Below are positions 44,939 through 54,094 of a DNA stretch of 63,248 bases, in pieces. Both the position numbers and the translations under genes were made by a program. The DNA comes from a virus (lineage: Duplodnaviria > Caudoviricetes): positions 1 to 63,248 of IMG/VR virus record IMGVR_UViG_3300020042_008450; one strand, 5' to 3'. Position 1 is the first letter of the stretch, and each line of letters opens with the position of its first letter. The notes under the pieces are model-generated. The model worked only from the letters and a program-made list of their open reading frames with translations, was not told where the DNA came from and did not search any database.

Positions 44939-46187
44939 TTACAACAGCACCGATCTAGTACGACCCACAGAATTGTCTGAACGTGAGCAATTTCTTTTAA
45001 AAGATTCCAAGACATTTTGTATCTATCCTTGGATTCATTTACATGCATACCCCACAGGGGAAGCATATCCTTGTTGTCATGCTGAAATGGGTGTGGGACA
45101 AGTGGGCAATTGCCGTGTGAACACACTGGAACAAATCTGGACTGACACTCCCATGCAACAGCTACGTGCTGACATGTTGAGTGAAACGCCCAATGCAGCC
45201 TGCACACGCTGTTATGAACAAGAAGAATCAGGATTCTTCTCCGGACGCAAGAGTGCAAACAAACACCACGGACATCATGTAAAGAAACTAGAGCAAAATC
45301 CTTTTGAAATGACCTATTGGGATATTCGTTTCAGCAACTTGTGCAATCTCAGCTGCCGTAGCTGTGGGCATATCTTTAGTAGTAGTTGGTATCAAGACCA
45401 AGCCAAATTAGCAGGCGGCAACTGGAAAGCACAAAACAAAGTGTTAAACTATGCTGGCCGCACAGAAACAGACATGTGGTCACAGCTGGAACCTCACTTG
45501 GACTATGTGGAACAGATTTATTTTGCAGGCGGCGAGCCCTTGCTGATGGAAGAACATTATCGAATCCTGGACGAACTGGTGCGAAGAAAACGCTTTGATG
45601 TACGCCTAATCTACAACACCAACTTCACACACACAGATTTAAAAGGTCGAAGTGTGTTTGAATACTGGAAACAATTTAAGTCAGTGGCAGTTGGTGCCAG
45701 TCTAGACGGTATGGGTCGATATGGTGAATACATACGCAAGGGCACAGACTGGGCTGTGGTAGAACAAAATCGTAGAGACATGCTGGCTATTTGTCCCGAA
45801 GTAGACTTCTATATATCGCCTACCCTGAGCATAATGAATGCATGGCACCTGCCAGAATTCCACAAAGAATGGGTGGCAAAAGGCCTTATTCGAGCACAGG
45901 ATCTAAACGTAAACATCCTTCAAGATCCACCACACTACAGAATAGACATAGCGCCTGCTGCATACAAGGGGTCATTGCTGGCCCGGTATCGCGAACACAT
46001 TGAATGGCTTCGCGGCCAAGATCAACTACAGCGAGCCACACAGGGTTTTGAAAGTGCTATCACCTTTATGACAGCCACAGACAACACACAACTGATTGAC
46101 ACATTCTGGCGTAAAACGCATGAACTAGATAATATCAGAAAAGAAAATATACTAGACGTGATTCCTGAACTGAAAGCACTTAAATGA
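44928..46187 (+). CDS. Radical SAM protein 3 with N-terminal twitch/SPASM-like domain
   Basis: CNLSCRSC, GGEP, YNTN; N-terminal CIYPW...G.AYPCC...VGN...L..IW...CTRC. Confidence 0.9.
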   Translation: MAYNYNSTDLVRPTELSEREQFLLKDSKTFCIYPWIHLHAYPTGEAYPCCHAEMGVGQVGNCRVNTLEQIWTDTPMQQLRADMLSETPNAACTRCYEQEESGFFSGRKSANKHHGHHVKKLEQNPFEMTYWDIRFSNLCNLSCRSCGHIFSSSWYQDQAKLAGGNWKAQNKVLNYAGRTETDMWSQLEPHLDYVEQIYFAGGEPLLMEEHYRILDELVRRKRFDVRLIYNTNFTHTDLKGRSVFEYWKQFKSVAVGASLDGMGRYGEYIRKGTDWAVVEQNRRDMLAICPEVDFYISPTLSIMNAWHLPEFHKEWVAKGLIRAQDLNVNILQDPPHYRIDIAPAAYKGSLLARYREHIEWLRGQDQLQRATQGFESAITFMTATDNTQLIDTFWRKTHELDNIRKENILDVIPELKALK

Positions 46188-47395
46188 ACTTGCCACACAA
46201 TAAATTCTGTGTACTACCATGGGTCAGCCTGGAAGCCAGTCCTATTGGCACTTTACGCCCCTGCTGCTTGGCTGATGATGAAATAGTGGACGATGCAGGA
46301 CAAAAGTTCAAATTGAACACAGCCAATTTCCAAGATATTCAGAACAGCAGCCATATGCGTAATTTACGAGCACAGTTTCTTGCAGGAGAAAAGCCGCAGA
46401 CCTGCCGCAAGTGCTGGAACGAAGAACGTTCAGGACGTGACAGCAAACGCATACATACCCTGAACAGACTCAAACACATGCTGCCTGATCAAGAATGGAC
46501 CACAGATGCCAAGCCCTTGATGTTCCTAGATCTCAAACTGGGCAACATCTGCAATCTAAAATGTCGTATATGTGGGCCCTGGAGTTCAAGTCAGTTTGCC
46601 ACAGAAGAACTAAACTCGATGCCGCGAGCAGAACAAAAAAGTTCTCATGCATATCAAATGCTGCGCGCCGGCGCCTGGCCCAAAGAAAACGAGCAATTCT
46701 GGAGTCAAATTGACACGGTGCTCACAGACATTCGTTACATTGAATTCACTGGTGGCGAGCCATTCATGATTGATCAACACTTTGACATGTTGCAAGGCAT
46801 TGTTGACCGTGGCATTGCACATCAAGTGGAAATACACTACAACACCAATGGTACACAATGGCCCAGTCGCGGTCCCGACATCTGGCGTCATTTTAAAACA
46901 GTGGAAGTGGCATTTAGTATAGATGATGTAGGTGCCAGATTTGAATATCAACGCACCAACGCAGACTGGACAGTGGTCCTGGATACAATCACAAGTTTTC
47001 AATATCTGCAAACTCAAATGCCTAATTTACAGTTACAGTGTTGTTCAACTGTGAACATATTTAATGTGCGCTACATTGATGAGTTGGCTCACTGGATAGC
47101 ATTACAAAAGTTTGACTTTGTTTACTGGAACCTGATGCATGACGCCTGGTACTTTAGCATTGCTACCCTGCCTGAGTCAGCCAAGGTTCAAATCTCCGAG
47201 CACCTGCGTTTAGCAACCGTACCGTTGCAGTATCGTGAAGAATTTGATCGCATCCTAGACTTTATGAACTCTGGTGCCAGTACCGACGGCTTTATATTGA
47301 GAATGAAAATAGCAGATCTAGATCGCAAAAGAAATCAAGACTTTGCGGGTGTGGCGCCTGAAATGGCCAAGATCATAGAATACAATTATGTCTAA
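46184..47395 (+). CDS. Radical SAM protein 4 with N-terminal twitch/SPASM-like domain
   Basis: CNLKCRIC, GGEP, YNTNG, SIDD; N-terminal CVLPW...RPCC...CRKCW. Confidence 0.9.
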   Translation: MNLPHNKFCVLPWVSLEASPIGTLRPCCLADDEIVDDAGQKFKLNTANFQDIQNSSHMRNLRAQFLAGEKPQTCRKCWNEERSGRDSKRIHTLNRLKHMLPDQEWTTDAKPLMFLDLKLGNICNLKCRICGPWSSSQFATEELNSMPRAEQKSSHAYQMLRAGAWPKENEQFWSQIDTVLTDIRYIEFTGGEPFMIDQHFDMLQGIVDRGIAHQVEIHYNTNGTQWPSRGPDIWRHFKTVEVAFSIDDVGARFEYQRTNADWTVVLDTITSFQYLQTQMPNLQLQCCSTVNIFNVRYIDELAHWIALQKFDFVYWNLMHDAWYFSIATLPESAKVQISEHLRLATVPLQYREEFDRILDFMNSGASTDGFILRMKIADLDRKRNQDFAGVAPEMAKIIEYNYV

Positions 47396-48317
47396 TAGAA
47401 TATCACTAGTGTCAGAAAAACCACTGACACTACATAGTCACTGGCTCCGAGATATCATTAGCAACTACATAACTGTTGAATTATACGATCTTGACAGAAC
47501 TTATAATAAAGCATCAACAATTTTTTATGCACCGTACAATAATTTTAATTCTGAATCAACTACAGCGGTTCAGCAATATTTTATTGATAATGGATACAAA
47601 ATTGTATATGATAATTTGTGGGAGGTTCCGGTAGTCAACAACAAAAAATATATAATACAACATCCATATTTTTTTAGGTATTATGAAAGTTTGTGGTATA
47701 AGCATCTTGGATATGATACGTACCAGCCTAATAGGAGTTACAAACATCTAGCTCTAATGCCAATGAGATTAAAACACCCTCATAGAGAATTGGCAGAAAT
47801 CAAGTTGCAACCTTGGTTAGATGATTTTATCTGGAGTTATGTTGGCAAAGGACGTCAACTGCCTGATGACGGTGATATGAATGACTGGAATACACAAAGA
47901 TATTTTAATCCAGAATGGTATAATGACACCTGTTTTAGTTTTGTATCTGAGAGCCAGGTTACTAAAAAAAACAACAATAATATTAGTTGGCTCACAGAAA
48001 AAACTGCCAAGCCCATTGCGTTTCAGCATCCTTTTGTGATCTTGGGTCAGATGGGAAGTTTACAAACGTTAAAAAATATGGGATTTGAAACGTTTGAAAA
48101 TTTATTTGACGAAAGCTATGACACAGAGTCAAATTGGATCAAACGGTTAGACACATTAACAAACAATGTAAAACAATTTCAAAAACGTCCTTACGATTTT
48201 GTTACAGAACAAAAAATTAAACACAATTACGAATTATTTTTTAATAACCAATTAGCAACCAAGTGGGCAGTAGAAGAAATAATTTATCCACTTTTGAATT
48301 ATGCTGAAAGTTTTTAA
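47388..48317 (+). CDS. TEK-motif protein 3 (GT10/GT-B-like), AT-rich gene
   Basis: SFVSES...LTEKTAKPIAFQHPF...LKNMGFETFENLFDESYD. Confidence 0.5.
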   Translation: MSNRISLVSEKPLTLHSHWLRDIISNYITVELYDLDRTYNKASTIFYAPYNNFNSESTTAVQQYFIDNGYKIVYDNLWEVPVVNNKKYIIQHPYFFRYYESLWYKHLGYDTYQPNRSYKHLALMPMRLKHPHRELAEIKLQPWLDDFIWSYVGKGRQLPDDGDMNDWNTQRYFNPEWYNDTCFSFVSESQVTKKNNNNISWLTEKTAKPIAFQHPFVILGQMGSLQTLKNMGFETFENLFDESYDTESNWIKRLDTLTNNVKQFQKRPYDFVTEQKIKHNYELFFNNQLATKWAVEEIIYPLLNYAESF

Positions 48318-49322
48318 ATGTCTAAACTAGTACATATGTATTCAGAAAACACTGCGCCGCACTGGTTCAGACCGCGACTCCCCCCAAATTATCCTGTGGA
48401 ATACTTTGACCCTGCAGCCATATACTCCACAGACACTGTGTTTTATTATGACATGTACGGCCCCAATCATGAGCACATTATGCATCAGCTGGCACAAGGT
48501 CAGCGAGTGATATTTGACGCCAAAAATGAACACTATATTCATGATTATAGACAATGGGTCCAGGATGCGTTTGTGGCACATCCAGGCCAGGGCATGTTTG
48601 TGATATCTGGGGATAGTGCTGTTGAAATTCCGGGAGTTACCATAGCGGCCACGCCTTACTGGTACTGGATCATGGATCAGGCCATGTTTACTATGTTTGG
48701 ACTGGACCAGCGTGTGCCGGCACCTAATCCCATACACAAGTTCTTTATGAGTATAGGACTTGCCCGTCCAGATCGTGATTATTTATATGATACCCTGGGC
48801 GACTTGGTCAACAACAGTGTTCACAGCTATCGTGCTCGTGGCCGCATGTTAGATAATGATTCAACTCACGTGGCTTGGCAACGATATGTCAATCCAGACT
48901 GGATCAACAGCACAGGATTCACACTGGCAGTGGAAACATACATTGATGATCAATCTAGATCAGGATATAGTTTGACACGCAATAACAATTGGTTCTTGTG
49001 CGAAAAAAGCTACAGGCCAATTGCAGCACAGCATCCATTTGTGATGGCCAGTACCGCAGGAAATCTAGCCTACTTGCAATCACAAGGGTTTGAAACATTC
49101 CCGGAACTGTTTGATGAAAGCTACGATGATATCCTGGACTGGCGTACTAGAATGAATCGTATTGTAGAAATTGTACGTGACTTTGATCTAGCAAGCCTAG
49201 ATCAGGTCAGTGTGCAACAAAAGATAAAGTATAATCATTCTAGATTTTTTGACACTGCCTTGACTGATCGGTTGTGCGCTGCCACCATTATTGATCCTGT
49301 ACTGGAGTTTGTACATGGCTAA
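48318..49322 (+). CDS. TEK-motif protein 4 (GT10/GT-B-like; CEK variant)
   Basis: LAVET...FLCEKSYRPIAAQHPF...LQSQGFETFPELFDESYD. Confidence 0.5.
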   Translation: MSKLVHMYSENTAPHWFRPRLPPNYPVEYFDPAAIYSTDTVFYYDMYGPNHEHIMHQLAQGQRVIFDAKNEHYIHDYRQWVQDAFVAHPGQGMFVISGDSAVEIPGVTIAATPYWYWIMDQAMFTMFGLDQRVPAPNPIHKFFMSIGLARPDRDYLYDTLGDLVNNSVHSYRARGRMLDNDSTHVAWQRYVNPDWINSTGFTLAVETYIDDQSRSGYSLTRNNNWFLCEKSYRPIAAQHPFVMASTAGNLAYLQSQGFETFPELFDESYDDILDWRTRMNRIVEIVRDFDLASLDQVSVQQKIKYNHSRFFDTALTDRLCAATIIDPVLEFVHG

Positions 49323-50598
49323 ATCCTTGTGTCTTGCTCCGTGGACACACACCTATCTTAGCCCGCAGACTGAACGCAGAATGTGCTGTGCGTCACGAGA
49401 ACCTGCACAGAACTTTGCTCAGTACATAGATACAGCCGCAGGCACAGGAAAGTATATTCCTATCACATTGGAGCAGCACTGGAATGGCGAACACATGCGA
49501 AGTGTACGCCGCCGCATGCTGGCTGGAGAAACCCTGCCTGAGTGCGAAGTATGCAATGATCAGTTACTGAATACTGATGTGTATCGTACTTATTTTGAAC
49601 ACCTGTTCAGCCACAAGTTGTCTGAAGTAATCAGCAGTACTGCATCAGACGGCAGCACCACTATGCAGCCCGTGAGCTGGGACTATCGTTTCAGCAACCT
49701 GTGCAACTTCAAGTGTAGAATGTGTGGAGACATGTTGAGCAGTGCATGGGAAAGCGAGCAGCGCCAGCACCGCATGATTGACTGGACCAACCCCAAGAAC
49801 GCCTGGATGCAGCCCAAAATTCGTCAAGAGATATCTGCGTTTCAGGACACTCAAATTGAAAAAGAATTCTCGGACGCTGTGGAACAACATCGTGTGGAAG
49901 AAGTGTACTGGGTAGGTGGCGAGCCGCTAATGTATGAGCAACACTGGCGATACATGGCTCGTATCGTTGAATTAAATGATGGACACCGAGTATATGCAAG
50001 GTATAATACCAATCTCAGCAGAGTTGACTATGGTGGGCGTAATCTATTTGGTGATATACTGGCTTATGTACGCGATTGGCAAATATGCGCAAGTTTGGAC
50101 GGCACAGGAGCCACAGGAGAATACATCCGAACAGGACTTGACTACAATCTCTGGCTTGCGAACTTCCGTCAAGGATTAAAACACAGTTCACATCCGCGAC
50201 AGATGCGCATAGACTTTACACTGACCTTGCCGGGCATGACACAGGTCATGGCCGTACAGCAATTGGCTCAGGAACTGGGTGTGCAACTGCTGGCCAAAGT
50301 GGTTTTTAGTTTTGGTCCAGATATTGTGATGAGCCCATTGGCATTACCGCGAGAACTACTGCATCCTTGGTTGGATGAATTGATTGCCAAAACATCAGGA
50401 GCCATGCAAGCAGTATTGATGCAGTTGAAAAACCGTCCCACGTTTGAAGAACAATGGCCTGATCAGTACCAACAAGCTATTGCTCAAGGTAAGGCTCGTG
50501 TGTTACAATTGGAACAAATACGCACACAAAAAATAACTATGACTGATATACTAGCAACCAGAGCTGACATACTAAAATGGTGGATGAACATTGCTTGA
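49315..50598 (+). CDS. Radical SAM protein 5 with N-terminal twitch/SPASM-like domain
   Basis: CNFKCRMC, GGEP, YNTN, ASLDG; N-terminal CLAPW...RMCC...CEVC; start moved to ATG MAKSL. Confidence 0.9.
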   Translation: MAKSLCLAPWTHTYLSPQTERRMCCASREPAQNFAQYIDTAAGTGKYIPITLEQHWNGEHMRSVRRRMLAGETLPECEVCNDQLLNTDVYRTYFEHLFSHKLSEVISSTASDGSTTMQPVSWDYRFSNLCNFKCRMCGDMLSSAWESEQRQHRMIDWTNPKNAWMQPKIRQEISAFQDTQIEKEFSDAVEQHRVEEVYWVGGEPLMYEQHWRYMARIVELNDGHRVYARYNTNLSRVDYGGRNLFGDILAYVRDWQICASLDGTGATGEYIRTGLDYNLWLANFRQGLKHSSHPRQMRIDFTLTLPGMTQVMAVQQLAQELGVQLLAKVVFSFGPDIVMSPLALPRELLHPWLDELIAKTSGAMQAVLMQLKNRPTFEEQWPDQYQQAIAQGKARVLQLEQIRTQKITMTDILATRADILKWWMNIA

Positions 50599-51631
50599 TT
50601 CAATTATTGAAATAGATCTACGCAGCATTGATAATCAAGTGCTGACCGTATATGTTGACGTGGCTGATAACGCCCTTTCGCGCAAATGGCTCACAGCACT
50701 GAACCATCTGATCAAGAACAACTATCACTTGGAAAAAAACTATTGCTGGCTGGGCTGGGCAGAGAGTGATCGCAATTCTGAATACATCTGCACACAAATC
50801 AATCGCAGTATACATGCTGTTAATTCAGCCGACCTGGGATATGTTATACAAGACTTCTTTACACCGGCCAACACAATTGATAGCAATCTTGGAATCAATC
50901 ATGCTCACCTAAATCAGCTACACAGTTATTTTGAAGACCTGCAAGGTGTGTCGGGTGCTATGAGTCCTTATTACACCGCCGCAAATGCCACAACTCGCTG
51001 GCATATACGCCAGTTAAATTTGCTGTGCCATGAACTAGAAAGTCTAGTATTGAGTATTCGCAAATTAAAAACTGCTCCTGAATGGCAACGTCCGTCGCAG
51101 CTGATGTGTTGGTTGACAGCACCGCGCTTTGAGTTAACAGTTGAAGATTACGAACTGTTTGGAATAGAAACAATTAATAGATCACTAGGTGGGGTATACG
51201 TGGGCGTGAACAAAGCTGTAGGTAAGCACCACTGGGAAGTGTTCACAGACGAAGGCCGGGACAGCCGTGTGAACGAACTAGTAACCAGCACACTTCGATC
51301 GCAGACCCAAGCAGCCGGCGACTTTGATATAGAATGGGCAAACGATCCTGGTTCATTCTATTGGCAGATAAGGAAACTATCTGAATTTCGTGAATGGCTA
51401 GTAGCCAACAACTTTGATCCTGAAGATAAAAGTCTAACAATTGGACATCCTAAAGTGGCACAAGTGGATCTTGTGCGTAGTTTTGGAACCACGGATTGTC
51501 GAGAAATATGGACACAGTTGTTGCAGCACCAAGACGTTTACAGAATAAGTACTAGTACAGCACAAGCCACATACCAGTATCGCTGGAGTGACTCTGATTA
51601 CGACCTACAGCAGATAAGGAAATTGAAATGA
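50591..51631 (+). CDS. Hypothetical protein
   Basis: 346-aa ORF (TTG start) overlapping both neighbours; no motif recognised. Confidence 0.7.
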   Translation: MLDSIIEIDLRSIDNQVLTVYVDVADNALSRKWLTALNHLIKNNYHLEKNYCWLGWAESDRNSEYICTQINRSIHAVNSADLGYVIQDFFTPANTIDSNLGINHAHLNQLHSYFEDLQGVSGAMSPYYTAANATTRWHIRQLNLLCHELESLVLSIRKLKTAPEWQRPSQLMCWLTAPRFELTVEDYELFGIETINRSLGGVYVGVNKAVGKHHWEVFTDEGRDSRVNELVTSTLRSQTQAAGDFDIEWANDPGSFYWQIRKLSEFREWLVANNFDPEDKSLTIGHPKVAQVDLVRSFGTTDCREIWTQLLQHQDVYRISTSTAQATYQYRWSDSDYDLQQIRKLK

Positions 51632-51834
51632 ATCTAGACGAGCTATTCGCACAACAACTTGGTACAGCCCCCACGCAAGTGTTTTACATGCTGCAAGAAG
51701 GAACAACAGTACACATCCGCAAACATCAATTGTCTGCTGGCCCTGTGGCCTTGATTGAACCAGATCTAGTGGGTTGGACCTACAATAGTACAACCGCAGA
51801 AGGTTGGCCATTATTTTTAAAGGAAACAGTATGA
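51628..51834 (+). CDS. Small hypothetical protein (68 aa)
   Basis: ATGA overlaps at both ends. Confidence 0.6.
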   Translation: MNLDELFAQQLGTAPTQVFYMLQEGTTVHIRKHQLSAGPVALIEPDLVGWTYNSTTAEGWPLFLKETV

Positions 51835-51932
51835 ACTGGATCAAAACTTTATGGGCAAGAATTACCCTAGAATATCGTTATCGCAAGAAACTCAAAGAGT
51901 TACGCAAAAGAGACCCTTTCATTTATAAATGA
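51831..51932 (+). CDS. 33-aa basic peptide MNWIKTLWARITLEYRYRKKLKELRKRDPFIYK, absent from the ORF track
   Basis: AAGGA RBS; ATGA overlap with the upstream gene and with the carbamoyltransferase start; fills the gap exactly. Confidence 0.75.
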   Translation: MNWIKTLWARITLEYRYRKKLKELRKRDPFIYK

Positions 51933-53407
51933 ACATACTGGGAATATCAGCAGGATTTCATGACGCTGCTGCCACAGTACTGGATCATGACGGCAATGTT
52001 CTTTTTGCCGGCCATTCAGAACGCTACAGCAAAAAGAAAAATGACGCTGACTTTTGTCAGGGTCTACTAGATGACATCTTGCTGTATGATCCTGCGCATG
52101 TGGCCTACTACGAACGTCCTTGGGCCAAGCAACTGCGCCAACTTTATGCCGGGCAAGGCATTGAGTGGAAAAAACTCACAGTAGCACAGATCTTGAAGTC
52201 ACAACTGGGCAGTCAGATCAAGCCTGATCGTGTGTCCAGTCACAATCATCACCTGAGCCATGCAGCGTCAGGATTTCAAACCAGCCCGTTTGATCGAGCC
52301 ACAGTTGTGGTAATAGATGCGGTGGGTGAATGGGACACCATGACCATCTGGGGTGCAGAATATGATTCAACGGGTCGTGCAATTTATAAACGACTGTGGC
52401 AACAACATTACCCGCACAGCATAGGATTGTTTTACAGTGCAGTCACAGCTCGCGTGGGTCTACGGCCCTTGGACGAAGAATACATTCTAATGGGCATGGC
52501 TGCGTACGGACAAAACAATCTTAGTAATAGACTACGCTACGATCTCATTCACAATGAATGGGAAATTCAATTCAAAGAAAATGTACACATAGGATTAAGT
52601 CAAAAGTATCTAAGTGATTATTCAGAATTTGACATTGCAGCGGCTGCACAAGAACTAGCCGAAGACCTTATTTTGAATGTGATGGTTCGTGCTAAGAAAT
52701 TCAACTGGAGTCAGAATCTAGTTTACATGGGCGGCGTGGCTCTTAACTGTAGTGCCAACAGACGTATTGGAAGTTATTTTGACAACATCTGGATCATGCC
52801 TTGTCCCGGTGACGCTGGCAGTAGTCTTGGCGCTGCTGCTCTAGTTCATGGTGGTAGAATCAACTGGACCAATGCTTATCTTGGGCATGACATTGCCGGA
52901 CCTTATCCTGTTAATGCTATTTTGGATGAGTTGGTTACTAGAAAAATTGTGGGTGTAGCATCAGGTCGAGCAGAGTTTGGACCCAGGGCCCTAGGCAATC
53001 GCAGTTTGCTAGCAGACCCTCGTGGCCCAGAAATAAAGGATCAAGTAAATGAGATCAAACGTAGACAACAATTCAGACCATTTGCCCCAGTTATCCTGGA
53101 AGAATACGTGGATCAGTATTTTGATATGCCTAGGGGTTTCAGTAACAGTAGGTACATGCAAGCAGTCGCTGTCTGCAGGCATCCTGACTTGTTTCCTGCT
53201 ATTGTGCATCATGATGGTACTAGTAGAGTGCAGACTGTTCCTGCGGATGGTTCAGGCATTAGAGAACTCTTGGAAAAGTGGTACGTGATGACTGGTTGTC
53301 CTATGCTGCTCAATACGTCATTGAACATACGCGGTGAACCCATGGTGAACGATCGTGCGGACGCAGACCGCTTTGAACAACTATATGGTGTTAGGGTTTG
53401 CAGTTAA
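51929..53407 (+). CDS. Carbamoyltransferase, NodU/CmcH/TobZ family
   Basis: ILGIS..FHDAAA, ER....K, HHLSHA, GGVALN, GDAG..LGAA, EFGPRALGNRS, RPFAP, LNTSLN. Confidence 0.95.
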   Translation: MNILGISAGFHDAAATVLDHDGNVLFAGHSERYSKKKNDADFCQGLLDDILLYDPAHVAYYERPWAKQLRQLYAGQGIEWKKLTVAQILKSQLGSQIKPDRVSSHNHHLSHAASGFQTSPFDRATVVVIDAVGEWDTMTIWGAEYDSTGRAIYKRLWQQHYPHSIGLFYSAVTARVGLRPLDEEYILMGMAAYGQNNLSNRLRYDLIHNEWEIQFKENVHIGLSQKYLSDYSEFDIAAAAQELAEDLILNVMVRAKKFNWSQNLVYMGGVALNCSANRRIGSYFDNIWIMPCPGDAGSSLGAAALVHGGRINWTNAYLGHDIAGPYPVNAILDELVTRKIVGVASGRAEFGPRALGNRSLLADPRGPEIKDQVNEIKRRQQFRPFAPVILEEYVDQYFDMPRGFSNSRYMQAVAVCRHPDLFPAIVHHDGTSRVQTVPADGSGIRELLEKWYVMTGCPMLLNTSLNIRGEPMVNDRADADRFEQLYGVRVCS

Positions 53408-54094
53408 CGCTGGCGCCAACACATTGTGAGCCCACGACAAGTGGCCTTGCATTGTGGGATGAAAGTCGTCTTCTTGTAGTAGATCATGTTTGACACAATA
53501 TTTGTAAAAGTTCTCAACTGGAGCAAACATTGATTTGAATCGATTGGCTAAATCCTGGGGCAAACATTTGGTTATATCAAACGTTGCATCTCTAACTGGC
53601 ATTCCAGGTTCAACAAAATTTAAAAACACAGCGTTGTACCCTTTGCTTTTTAAATATTCCCACAGCGAAACAACATAGATGTAGTTTTCTATAGCACGAC
53701 TATGCAGTGTTTTATTCTCGTTACTGGTGATAACACACTTGACGTTGTCTGTGTAGTTGTACACATAGTCTGGATTGTCGGCGATACCTTTGCCAACAAT
53801 AGCATTGTCTCTACGGTATCCACTCCACATTATTACAACTAATGTGTCTTTGAGATCCAGTGCAGTGGTTTCTAGTGCATGAATCACGCTGGTCATTATT
53901 TGATAATTTCCAGCGCCTTGTACTGAACAATCGTAAACTTCGTTAAATCCGCACTTGTCTCTAATGTAATAAGGCCATGCACTTGAATCAGTTTCGCTTA
54001 TGTTGTAGGTAAAACTGCACCCACCTACTAGGAGATTTTTGTATCCTAGATTGTTAATAGTTTCGAATACTCTAGGAGTACTTCTTATCTTCAT
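53381..54094 (-). CDS. SGNH/GDSL-like protein (putative acyltransferase/esterase)
   Basis: GGCSFT (block I), GAGN (block II), DDFHP (DxxH); start moved to MKIRS by ATGA coupling. Confidence 0.55.
   Translation of the reverse strand: MKIRSTPRVFETINNLGYKNLLVGGCSFTYNISETDSSAWPYYIRDKCGFNEVYDCSVQGAGNYQIMTSVIHALETTALDLKDTLVVIMWSGYRRDNAIVGKGIADNPDYVYNYTDNVKCVITSNENKTLHSRAIENYIYVVSLWEYLKSKGYNAVFLNFVEPGMPVRDATFDITKCLPQDLANRFKSMFAPVENFYKYCVKHDLLQEDDFHPTMQGHLSWAHNVLAPALTANPNTI

Noticed and set aside
41142-50598. 7-deazaguanine (QueE) or anaerobic RNR-activase radical SAMs; classical RiPP cluster
   Set aside because: Sizes and N-terminal Cys domain do not fit QueE/NrdG; no QueC/QueD/FolE/DpdA; no RRE domain, protease or transporter seen
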